In this document: positions 1 to 11,184 of the stretch, piece after piece
How positions within the stretch are numbered: the stretch's first letter is position 1
Layout: each line of letters starts with the position of its first letter
Origin: Trypanosoma brucei
Lineage: Eukaryota
Direction of reading: 5' to 3'
Assembly: GCA_000002445.1 (NCBI GenBank)
Contig: CP000069.1
Location: 1,440,001-1,504,000 of the forward strand
Length of the DNA stretch: 64,000 bases
Program-made: the position numbers and the translations under genes
Notes under the pieces: generated by a model
What the model saw: only the letters and a program-made list of their open reading frames with translations
What the model was told of the DNA's origin: nothing
Databases searched by the model: none

Positions 1-2899
1 CCTTTCAAAAGTGATGTTTAATACGTTTTTTTTTGGAACCTTCCTCGTTCCTGTCCACCTCTTTATTTATTTTGGTAAAATTCTGTAATTGAAGGATGAT
101 GGAAAATAGACTAGGCGCATATGATTCGCTAGTTGATTTTAGTCAGAATTTGACACGTGCAGCATCGCTGCTTCTTCCCAGAGAGACAACCACATCATCA
201 CCGAAACACAAAGTTACACCAAAATATTATTGTAGAAAATAACTGTCATGCGGTAATGTTTTCATCCAGTTAACAAATCTATCACATTTGAGCGGCTTTA
301 GCTTTGTACCTTCCCTCCGCCATGTTGTTGTTGTTTCTTCCATAAGCATATATCACTTCATTTGATGTTTTCTGTTTAGTTTCGCCTCTGCGCCAAATTC
401 ATCACCACATCCCTTCGCCTGCAGTGCCGCTGTGGTAAAGAATAAATAAATAAATATTTATGTAGGTCACAGAGATTTTACATCTAATTAAATTATGCCA
501 CTTCATCCATTATTTATTTTTTGTTTTATTAAACCCACGTATCTTTACCGCGAAACAACAAATGACATATCGCAATAACCGCAGCATTCCATTTGTTTTC
601 TCCCTTATTATGTTAATAAATGCATGTGTTACTTGATAAAAGTGCAGAGCCCGTGATGCATGTGCATGGAATTTCAACAGTATGGCACTTATGGTGTAAC
701 ACAATATCCGTAACACACATACAAATACACACAGAATGGTTTCTTTCGGGCTCAAAATACGTTTTTCATTTTAAAATTCACATTCCACACCTTGTAAAAC
801 ATATACTGGCGAAGGAACTTTTTTGTTTGATACCATCCAAACTCTATCCGCTTATATGTTTAATAAACTGGACTAATTATATTTTTCATATACTTATATC
901 ACAACGGAATTAACGATAATTTGAATGTCGCATCTATTCTTACACTCATAATTTTTATACTTCCGTTTTCTTCCTCGAAACACGTCATGTCTTTTTGAAA
1001 AATGTCCTCATTTGTTTTTATATTTCAACGAATATATGAAAAAGCGAATATTCATATAATCTCTATGATTATCATCCTCTCTAGTGGTGTTGCATTTTTA
1101 TTGGAAGTAAAGAACAAAAGTAGTTTATTGTGTGTAACAACTGAAACATTATTTTTGAGGTGCATAATAGATTTCCGTTAAGTCAAGAAATATTGTGAAG
1201 CGACCGTACTGACTGCTTTTTATTGCGTGGAAACAGTGAACTTATCAATGTATCTTCGGATACGGTGGTGATTCATATTATTCCTTCAACATCCTTTTGA
1301 AGTTAATAGTGCTAAAAGCATCGTATTACACTTTACATGCATTCAAATGCAAACACTTCGACGAAAGCACCTTTTCAGCCTGGAATTATACATTTTTTCC
1401 AATACGTTATTTATTTTGCTGCAGTTACTGTCATGAAACTCTTGCAGCCACCCAATGCTAGCATATGAAACGGCATAGAGGTGCGTGCATGAAACTTGAC
1501 GAATAGATTTGTTAAAATGCAAATGATAGTTATTATACATCAGATGCGTTATTCAAATCATAACAGATATGCTCATGCTTTTCTTCACTTATGATGTATA
1601 TTTTCTTCGTTGTAACAGCGCACAGTGAGATCAAATTATAATCTTTTGATGTGATTACAGATGAGAAATCCTTCCTAAAGTGTCTGAAGTTGTACAAATC
1701 ATATGTATTTATCTACTTTCATTTATTGGGAGAAGCAGTCAAGCGCACATGTGTTTTGTTGATATGTAAACACGAATGAAGAGAGAAGTGAAGCAACTCC
1801 AACATTAGGCAAGCTTCCATGAGCATATAAGTTGTGGAATTAAAGGAAATGGTTGTAAAGTGTGAATAAAGAAAATTCGAATTGCCGTTGCATAAAATAA
1901 CAGAATATGATCTTTTTTTTGTGAAGTATTATCTTTAAGATATAAAAAGACACTTAAAAATATACGCGGATACAAATAACAGGATGATTGTCCAACTTGT
2001 GCACCTCTGACCTCAGTGCTTGTGATTGTATATTAATCGTGCCACTAGATGTCACCGCAAAAAAAATAACATCAGTTTTTGTTACACATACTCGTTTCAT
2101 ATCCATTATTTTGTAAACACGTCTATTTTTTCTTATTAGTTATTAGAGTAGTATGTTGCGATGACGCGTCTCTTGATTAGTTGCCCGTTATTAATTTGCT
2201 TATTTCTATATCCATTTGTTTATTTACTTACGTTAGCTTACACTAAGTTTACACATAATAAACAAACAACGTTATCCCTGCATTTTCCTTCGTGAAGGAG
2301 ACACTAAGGGAGAACACGCGTGATACAATTAATTTCTTTATTATTTTGTCCAATGGGTAGTGATAACTAACGATGCACAACATCTTATATTGCAGTTACT
2401 TATACTTGAGTGTAAAGTGTAATATACATTGCCTTCTTTCTTCATCCAATCAGCACGTCTCTCCCACGTCCATCCCGACACTTCTTTATCTGCCTATCTT
2501 ATTTTTTTAATTCCTTTGTCCGGAAAGGCGGTGCTACACCTTTATCCTTTGGTATGGTTTTCTTGGCCGCTTGCCTTGTGCTTCTCCTGATGGCTTTATT
2601 TAGTGCATCCGCATCCTTTATTTTTTCTTTAGTCTTGTTGAAAATGAAAGTATCACTAACCTTCCTGAAGTTATTACAATGCGCTTTATTCCACGCGGAT
2701 AACGCCCTGGCAGGTTTTGAGGGTGAGGTCACCTCTGCACCACAACTCGCAAAAACGCCAAAAGTGACCCAAAAATGGTCGCTATCAGGACTCAGTGTAA
2801 TTTTCCAATTTAATACCTCACAGTCTGTACATTGCGATGTCTCTTAAGGGAAATACATCCGTTCCCGCCTGACGACGGGTTTCTTTTCTGGCATTTGTT

Positions 2900-3518
2900 C
2901 CAACTATGTTTTTGAAACCATCGATTTTCTAGGAAAATAAACTGAAGTGGCTGTCAAATTAAAATCAGCTGAAAATATAAACGTTGCCGAGACTCTTTCT
3001 AGTAGACACTCCTCCTTCGAACTTTGGATGACTTTCACGACACCTTTAACTAAAATTGATACCACACCACCATGTGAAGAACCTGCCATCCTACATGCTG
3101 GTATCTGCCTATTCTAAGAATTTTACGTCCCGCTGGAGCCGAGTGAATCTCCTGCAGCAGGCAAAACAGCATACAATCCTCGTTGAGCTTCTTCTTCAAG
3201 GCGAGTCGTTGTACCTGAGGTAACGACCCATTGTTCCACTGGGCTCCACGAATCATATGGCAGGGATTATGTTCCACATTTCCCCTTAGTAGTATAAGCC
3301 TATGTATTCCAATCGAAGCGCGCTCGCACGTGCAGGGAAACATTCTAATATATTTCTTCACCCTAGAGTGCCGATACTGCTGCTTACTCCTGCTCTGGTC
3401 ACCTAAAGCCTGCTACCCGCCCCAATCCTGTCGGACAGGGTATAATACGGGCACTTGTCTTCCTCCGATGAGACGGTGTACTGGACCCTGGCGCCACAAT
3501 GAGGTGGCCGGCGTCACC
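2900..3518 (-). mobile_element. Divergent 5' fragment of an ingi-type non-LTR retrotransposon (DIRE/ingi-like)
   Basis: 3420-3518 aligns to the ingi 5' end at 49490-49590 (gatga.acgg.gtactggaccctggc.cca...ttgaggtggccggc.tc.ccaggg) and ends at the same ccaggg terminus. Minus-strand translation 3050-3361 (LLRGNVEHNPCHMIRGAQWNNGSL...CLLQEIHSAPAG) is homologous (~40% by eye) to ingi ORF seg1 (LLSGDVEENPCLSFHGMQWNCAGL...CLLSETRMTPGEA). Similarity continues weakly to ~2900. Confidence 0.5.
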
Positions 3519-3562
3519 AGGGATTTTTCATAATTTTCATAAAATTTGGAAATATCCTTTTA

Positions 3563-3945
3563 ATGCTAAAATTCTACCAAACTCACAAAAGCGGAAACAA
3601 TCAGAGCAATTATCTGATTGAAGAGAAAACTACCATTTCGACACTTCTCCTTTTCTGGTTCTGTTTCACCCTCTTTGCCTTTTCTCCAGCCACAAACGGG
3701 GGCTTGGCCGGGCGTGTTCTATTCTTCCAAGCTGTTTTTTTAGTATGGCCAGTACATTTATCCTCTTTCTTTCCTTCCGCTTTCACTCCCTCTTTAACTT
3801 TGCACTTTCCGTCTTGGAATTCGCAGCCATTTTCGTCGCTGTACACGCCAACTGACTTATCTTTGCATTTTTCTTCTGCTATTTCGGGGTCCAATGTGGT
3901 GGCTGTTGGTTGGTGCTCAAGACTCTGTGTATACAAAAACATTGA
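3563..3945 (-). pseudogene. VSG: VSG C-terminal-domain fragment (3' orphan), frameshifted GPI tail
   Basis: ORF 3610-3942 encodes a Cys-rich VSG C-domain (CEFQDGKCKVKEGVKAEGKKEDKC). The GPI signal (FLFNQIIALIVSAFVSLVEF*) is in a shifted frame at 3563-3640. No N-domain lies upstream. The ingi fragment starts 45 nt beyond the stop. Confidence 0.6.
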
Positions 3946-4106
3946 TAGAGTAAAAAAATCAAATTGGAAACTATGCGAATAAGGGTTAAGGTCGATGTAA
4001 AAAAGAGCCGCTTCATCACTAAAAATTAAAAAATGGCGAAATCAAAAAAATGAAAATTAAAAAAAAAAGTGAAATAAAAAATAATCCAAAAAATTAAAAA
4101 CTCTGA

Positions 4107-4120
4107 CCCTAACCCTAACC
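4107..4120 (-). repeat. Interstitial telomere-type hexamer tract (TTAGGG)2+ within T-rich VSG 3' flank
   Basis: Plus strand reads ccctaaccctaacc, embedded in an A-rich block (3960-4300) ~190 nt downstream of the VSG stop at 4310. Confidence 0.7.
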
Positions 4121-4309
4121 TTCCTACCTATCTTTCTACCTTCTTGTCTTATTGGACAACAAAAATTCAAAAGAAAATAGGAAAAAGGAGAAAAATTTTA
4201 GGTATCAAAAATAAAGTTTTACACGCGCAGGCAGCTTTAAAAATATATTTCCAGGGAATTTTAAATATGTTAAAATATATCAAATTTAGGCAAGAAAAAT
4301 AGGGGGAAA

Positions 4310-5879
4310 TTAAAACAGCAAGGCCATAAAAGCAGCAGCCATACTCAGAGCCAATTGTTTTCCGCCTATAAAACATTCGTCTAGACATTCGTGTTTGGGT
4401 AGTTTCCCTCTTCTATCGACATAATCAATCCATCCACAAACTGCATTTTTGCCTTCTGGTTTCTTACCCTCAACCTTTTTGCATTCCTCTTCCGTTGTCG
4501 CATCGGAGCATTTTATAAGTTTTTTCTCTCCTCCCTCTCCTTGTGGTGGCTTGTAATTTGGATCCTTTACGCACTTTTTATTTGGTCCGTCACTGTCCCA
4601 TTTACAACCATATTTGCAGTTATCTTCTGTTCCTTTCTTTTCGCACGTTACATCTGTTTCGGAAGTTGACTTCTCTGATGCGGAATGGCTTGTTAGACAT
4701 TTCTTGTCCTGTGTCGCTTTAGAAATGGTTTCCTGAATCAAAAGTGCTACGACTTCACTTAACCTGTTAGTCGGTATCTTCTGCATTGTACTGGCCGTCA
4801 GCTTGAGCTCCGATGGAAACACCAGTTCTTCTTCTAACATGTCCTTGATGAATTTGCTTTTGAACTTAGTGGCGCTGTCGCTAAAAAATCTGTTTGGCGG
4901 CCGCCTTGAGTTCATTAGTTGCTGAGACCTGTTCGGGTTTGGCTTTGACGTCGTTTATGGCGAAGTTGATCTCTGCCAGAAATACGTCTCCTGTTAATTC
5001 TTGATAGATACTTGCATAAACGTCGTCATCTGTTATCTCTGGTGTCGTCTTGTACGCATTAGCGGCTTCAATTGCTTCGAGGTATGCCGGTGTCTGAGCT
5101 GAGCTTGCGCTGGTCGGTTCTAGGTCGTCTATCCGGTGGATTTCTGGGCTTGTTGCGCCTGTTGTCAGCAGCCCGGCCATTAGAGTTATGTGTGATGCTG
5201 TGCTGCCAGTGAACATGCCCGTGGCGCTCGGGTGGTCCTCGAAAAACAGGCATTTGTCGAAGCTGGCTTCTGTCGATGCTGCGTTCCCTTCTGGGATTCC
5301 GCTTTTGAAGCTTTGTTCGGAGAATTCCTCTAGCCCTTCTAGCTTTACCGCGTCGGGTATTGCTAGGCTGTCGCATCCCTGTAGGTCCTGGCTACGTCTG
5401 ACCGCTGTTTTTCGGGTCGCTGCATTTGTTAGACATGCGCCGTTGGTTCCGACGTTGGACGCTTTGAGCTGCTCAAGAAGTGTGGTTGCTTCTATAATGC
5501 TGCCAGCCACGATATTTGCTTTTGCTGCTAGGTATATTCCTCCTTTGGCTTTCGTTATTGCTGCCGAGTAGATTTTGTTTATTGCTTTGGCCGCTGCCGC
5601 TGCTCCTATTGCTGCCATTTTAGCCCGCTGCTTGTGCGTTGCTGTAAGTGAATAGATGATTAATTGGTGTTGTAGTTTGATGGCATTGTCCACTATGGGC
5701 TCCGCTGCTTGCAAAGCTGTCGCTGCCGCCGCTGCAGTCTGGCGCATGTCGCCCGCTTTTTTACAGAGCCCTGCTATCTTTGAGCCGTCGAGGGGATTCT
5801 TCGCTGCCGCTGCTGCGTCGGCTATTTGCGTGCGACAGGCCGGTATAAACATCACTATTGGAAATGCTCGTGCTTTCAT
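4310..5879 (-). pseudogene. VSG: VSG, full length with a single frameshift near 4881-4915
   Basis: N-terminal ORF 4881-5879 starts at a true ATG (cat at 5877-5879) with signal-like MKARAFPIVMFIPACRTQ. C-terminal ORF 4310-4915 in another frame has a Cys-rich C-domain and GPI tail SMAAAFMALLF. The two ORFs overlap by 35 nt in different frames. Confidence 0.8.
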
Positions 5880-6769
5880 TGCTCATCTGGTATGTGCTTA
5901 TCGTTCTGTTATTATCTGACACTCAGGATCGTGCTGTTGTTGTTAGAACATATTCGAGGCGCTGAATTTGCCGGGTTTGGAGCTGAAGTCTGTAGTTTTA
6001 CAGATATTAGTGATTGTCCTTGTGAATAAATTCAACATTTTTGTTATGCGCTATCATCACACTTTGCCACCATTGTAGGGGTCGCATCGTCTTCCATGGT
6101 TTCGGGGGGTTTAGTGCATTAGTTCTTGACCCACCGCTATACAGAACTGTATGAGTTTTGATACTATACATCTAACCCATCTTTGTTGATCACCTATTAA
6201 TTTTGTTTTTCTATCATTGGTATTCTAGCGCTAAAGGAGCAGCCTCTCCTAAACACTCCATTAAAAAATAAAAGTTTCATAGGTTATTGCCGTCCCTCCG
6301 TTGTGACCAGCATATTGAAAACGATATTCGCCAACAAGCTCTCTGTAGTAGTGCTTGGCCATCCATGTGTGAATTCCACAGCACAATCACATACTCTTTT
6401 ATTATGAGCCGTGATGTTTCTGATTTCGTTGTGTTCTTCTATATTTTTCCTTTTTTTTATCGTGTTTTTCTTCCCCGCAAAACATTGCGACTCCATTGAT
6501 ATTGTAAAGTGGAGTCTTTCTTTCATTGCCTTTCCATCATATCCTTTATGTATTATAGCTCCATAGTCGTTTTTGTGTTTGAAACTTAGTGTATGACGCC
6601 TTCCTCCATCTGTACTTTCCTGCTGTTGCCTTAATAATATCCCTCGCGCGCCCTCAAAATCTTTTGCATACTCGCCATTTCACCATCTCACTCCCTCACT
6701 TACTCCTATTACAATCTCACGATATTAAAATTTTTTCCATTTTGCTTGTTCATTCGTTCCCTCCACCAT

Positions 6770-6852
6770 AGTTCTAATTATATTCGTCTATACAAACACT
6801 CACAACACTCTCCTATAATAATAATAATTATTATTATTGCAATTACAACCCT
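6770..6852 (-). repeat. 70-bp repeat (VSG upstream recombination repeat), single copy, reverse-complement orientation
   Basis: tatacaaacactcacaacactctcctataataataataattattattattg...aaccctaac matches the T. brucei 70-bp repeat core (GGAGAGTGTTGTGAGTGT + TAA-rich run) in revcomp. Confidence 0.8.
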
Positions 6853-7194
6853 AACTTTATATCTACAAAAAAATGGGAAATAAAATAAATTAATATATTA
6901 CTCATTTTAATATACAATCACCCTACTGCTGTACACACATGCCTCTGTCATACCAAAGTTTTACAAGTAAAATTTTTTAAAATTTTCAATGAATTGCACA
7001 ATTTGCAAAGGGTTGACAAAACGTGTTAAAATATATTATATTTAAAAAACGTTTTAAAAAATTCTCTCAAAATAGCAATTTTTATAAATTTTTATAAGTC
7101 TCATAAAATTGAGAAAAAGCTTTTACAAATTATTCGTAAAACTGTTATGCTAGAAGAAAAACTGCAAGCAAAAAAGAGACCTTAAGTAGAACAG

Positions 7195-7310
7195 AATTTA
7201 CTCCTGTTGTGTTTGTAGGATTTCTATCATTTCCACCTGTTTGCGCTTCTTTTTCTACTTCCTTCTTGATTTCCTCAGTCAATGTGCACATTTTTCTCTA
7301 GACGGACTTT
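7195..7310 (-). pseudogene. VSG: Short orphan VSG 3'-end fragment
   Basis: Revcomp encodes ...NPTNTTGVNS-like GPI-proximal motif (gaatttactcctgttgtgtttgtaggatt). A 16-mer-like gtgttaaaatatatta lies at ~7021-7036, and a 70-bp repeat at 6770-6852 further downstream. Confidence 0.4.
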
Positions 7311-7766
7311 GGGTTAAAAACGTACCTCCGGAAGTCGAGCACCTTTGGCCGGGATGTGCCAGCGTCAGATCGCGCCGCCGAGGTTTAATTGATAATTTTG
7401 ACTATCAGCTGTTCCCCAATATGAGTATTTTTTAATTTATTTTCCCTTTAAAAGCAAATCGTTTTGCGCAGCGAAACTGCCACGCGCCAGCGTTAAAAAA
7501 ATTTAAAGGCTGCGTGCAGCACAAAACGCAGAACTGAAATTCACAAAAGCAAAATGATAATAGGCTTAACGATATGAAGCTGAAAATGAAAGGAAAAAAT
7601 GAAGCGCGGATATCTCCAGTGGAAATAAGTGCCAGCCTTGTGCTTAAAAAGAAAAAAAAGAGCCGCTGCATCATTAAAAGAATAAAAATTAAAAATAATT
7701 TGGAGCAATCCAGGACGGAGGTGTGGGATTAAAAAAAATTAGCAGTAAGAGGAAAATTAACACGAT

Positions 7767-7786
7767 AACCCTAACCCTAACCTAAC
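7767..7786 (-). repeat. Interstitial telomere-type hexamer tract
   Basis: aaccctaaccctaacctaac on the plus strand, in the A-rich block 7670-8000 downstream of the VSG stop at 8010. Confidence 0.7.
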
Positions 7787-7931
7787 TACCCCACCCACCT
7801 GCACAAAAAAATTCAAAAAAAAAATTCAACGGGAAAAGAAAAAAAATTTAGTTGCCAGAGAAACACAGAATATTTTTTGCAGAGTCACAAACTTACGAAA
7901 CACAGTTCAATTTTTTCGACTGAATTTTTAG

Positions 7932-7947
7932 GTGTTAAAATATATCA
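7932..7947 (-). promoter_or_regulatory. VSG 3'UTR conserved 16-mer (TGATATATTTTAACAC), exact; adjacent TTGCTACTTGAAAAC motif at 7952-7966
   Basis: Plus strand gtgttaaaatatatca, 63 nt downstream of the VSG stop. The 16-mer is the known mRNA-stability element of VSG transcripts. Confidence 0.8.
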
Positions 7948-8009
7948 AAAGTTTTCAAGTAGCAAGAATTTTTTAGCAAAAATTTTTAAGAAAAATAGGG
8001 GTAAAAATT

Positions 8010-9695
8010 TTAAAACAGCAAGGCCGCAAATGCAGAAGAAACCACTAGGGCGAATTGTTTGTTTACTAGAATAGAGGAATCTTTGCACTCTTTTCCATCC
8101 CACTTACAATTCGGAGATTTGCATTCTTTCTCTGGTCTCCCTTTGCATTTCTCTGTTGTTGTTTCAGTTTCTACTCCCGTTTGAGTTTGTGGCAAAGAAA
8201 CTTCAGTTTTTTGTAGCTTTTGTTGCATTATATTTGCACTTTTTCTCTTCTGTGCTCTCTTTTTGAAAAGTACAGAAATCCTTGGAATCGCAGTTTGTAT
8301 CTGTTTCTATTGCTTCACACTCCTTTGCTTTTTCAGACGGCGTTGTAGTTTGCTGTTGGTTTGATCCATTGGTTTGCGCTGCGAAGGCTTTTGGTGCCCG
8401 TAGCAATGCTGTTGCCGTGGCGTTTAACAAGCTTATTTCTGCTTCTAGTGCGGCCAGCTTGATTTGTGTGTGGCGCTTGTCGTACACTTTTGCGGCATTT
8501 CGCAGATTTACTTGCCATTCAATTGGCGGCGTGCCGCCGATGATACTGCCATCGTTGTACTTTACGCAGCGCCCCGTGTGGCTGCCGCTTACGCCTTCGC
8601 CTGTACAGCCGCCGCTGCCGTTGCCTGTTGGTGTTTACGGCTTTGTATAAAATCACTAATCGGCTATTTAGAACAGCAGAACTTTTTTCGCCCGTTTTCA
8701 AGGCCGGTGGGCATTTGTTTGCTATGGCCAGGGCTTTTTCTCTGCCGGCCGTCGTCACATCCCAGTTGCCGTTGTTTGGGGGGGGGGGGGCTCTCATCAC
8801 ACCCTTTGCTGCATGTTTTGCCTCCGGTTGCTTCACTAGTGTGTCCGCAGCAGATGCAGAGCAAATCTGACAGGAGCGCCTTGCCGGCTTCCGTCCCTGG
8901 TGTTGCAGCACCCGTGCCGCACACCGCTTGTCTCGTTCCGGTAAATGTTAGTGTTGCTGCTTTCCCGGCAGAACCGTAAAGCGTTTTGTTTAGGTGGCCG
9001 TTTATTGCGGCTTTGTCGGTTCCTTTTGTCGTAGTCGCTGCAGCCTCTGATATAGTCAGTCCCTTATCGGCTATGAATGCCAATTGTCTTATGGCATCGC
9101 TGTTCGATTTTAGGACGCTAAACTGTTTTATCTTGTCTTTCAGGTTTTGAGGTGCGTCTTCCTGCACCGACTTAGTCCACGCCGTCCAGTGGTTTTCGTA
9201 AGGGGCGGCTTGTTCCTTGAAAGGGCTTTGCAATGCGCCCCATGCCTCTTCCTTTTTAGCTTTTGCAAGCGCCTGTATCGGTTCTGGAGCTAGAGAAAGG
9301 TTTATCGCCATTAGCTCTTCTGCAATGGTTTGAATGGTTGTTGCTGCTTGTACTTCCGGCGTATCTTCTCTTGCGAATTCGATGAGACCGCATAGAGCTA
9401 TGAAATCACCGCCGTTTTGTCCTTCCTTGACTGTCCCCTTTACGTTTTTGGCAAGTGTCGCAACTTCTAGCGTAATGACAGTCCAAAGTATGTTTTGGCG
9501 CATTTCCCCTGCAAGAACTCGGGCGGTCGGCAACTCCAGACATATTTTAGAAAAGAAAGTGGTGAAAATAGTGTGGTAATGTTTATATAAGCTCGAAAAC
9601 TTACCAACTATTGCAGTTCCTGGTGGTATAGCGACAACACTGTGGACCTTTGCGATTATTTGTCGCATCGGTTGCAGCGTTTCAACAATCCTCAT
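8010..9695 (-). pseudogene. VSG: VSG pseudogene (multiple frameshifts, degenerate N-terminus)
   Basis: Three ORF pieces in different frames: 8010-8228 (C-domain + GPI tail [13 protein letters not shown]), 8203-8487, and 8664-9695 (A-type N-domain). A G12 homopolymer at 8777-8790 sits in the gap between pieces. No recognisable signal peptide or ATG. Confidence 0.75.
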
Positions 9696-10854
9696 ACATA
9701 ATATTTGAAATATATGAAAAAATCATTTGGTTTCACCGCCAAATGAATGGGCCACTTTGAGAAAGTATTTAAATTTTTTCTTTACATATGAAACGATACA
9801 CTTCAATGTTTCTACGTATTTTTTTATTTCATGGCTGTGCATCGCTTCATTCTGTCTCCAAAAATAATCAGGTGAGGCTTTTGTCTGTCTCGGAAGTGGT
9901 GGATGCTTCGATTTTTTCCGCATTCCTTGTTGACTGCGTTTGCTTGGCGTTTAACACTACGTAAATTGGAGCCTGAAATTATATTTACGCTGATATTTTC
10001 TTATGAATCGGCACTGTCACTTTGAGGTTAGCAAACACGTTCATATGGTTTACTCTCCCCTTGAAATAATTTACTTTCTGACTCTTATACTAATACGAAA
10101 TTTGAGTATTAGCGTTGATCCTCTTCACTTTATATATATCTTATTACTTTTCATGTACGTTATATGTGAAGCAGTTTTCACGTGCCCATTTTTCTTTCTT
10201 TGCCCACGGAAATCCGTTAGTAGTCCTACTTTTCAAAATCTTCCTCCCGATAATATTATATTTTCCCCACAAATGTTAGCTATTTTAAATACATCTGATG
10301 AAAAGGAGTTTAAAACATTACCTCACACTTACTGACTCCCCTTCTCACTCATGCTCCTGCAGATGTTACCTCAAAGTTGCATAGTAGGATCCGCCATCAC
10401 ATTAAAAAGCACAGTCACCACTATCTCTGCAATAGCATTAATCCATTTGCGAGCCAAATACACAGCATCAGCATTAGCTTATTCTCTTATATGTAACATT
10501 GTCTTCTGTTCTTTCGCTTGCTTTACTTAATTCTGCGCTTTGATCTTTTCCTTTTCGTCTTTTGTTGCTGGTTTGGGGAATGATGAAGCAATGGCATCGC
10601 CGTTCTCTACTTTATCGCGGCTGGCCCCTGTCTTTTTCTTTTATCCCAGTGTTTAGAGTGACGGCCGGCACTATTTTAGTGCTTCAAACTCCGCATATTC
10701 AAGTCGTCTTTGTCTCCCTTTCTCATTCTGTGCATCCTTTAATAATAATATTTTTCACTACCCATCACTTAATTCCGTTTCACTAAGTTATTCCTATTTC
10801 ACTCCTGCAATTTTAAAGTTTATCTCTTTTCGCTTTTCAGTCACTACTCACCAC

Positions 10855-10942
10855 TATTATAATATCCGTATATACACACTCACATAACACTCTCCTATTA
10901 TTACAATTATCATCATTACTATTATTATCATTATTCTAACTA
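10855..10942 (-). repeat. 70-bp repeat, single copy
   Basis: tatatacacactcacataacactctcctattattacaattatcatcattactattattatcattattctaac. Confidence 0.75.
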
Positions 10943-11184
10943 ATATCTATTAAAATAAGCTAAATAAAAAATTAAAAACAATGCACAACAGCACCTTTTT
11001 CATACCAGATAACCCTACTGCTGTTCTCCCATAGGCCATTATCACACTCATTTTATAAATATTAAAAATTTTTCAATTTCTCATCAAAAGAGTTTAAAAT
11101 ATATCAAATGATATTAAATTTACCAAATTCTCTATCAAAATAGCAAATTTATAAATTTGAGAAAAAATCTTTTTCGAAACTTAA

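Noticed and set aside
4107-4120. True telomere
   Set aside because: Only 2-5 hexamer units sit between ordinary array sequence on both sides. They are interstitial tracts, not a chromosome end.
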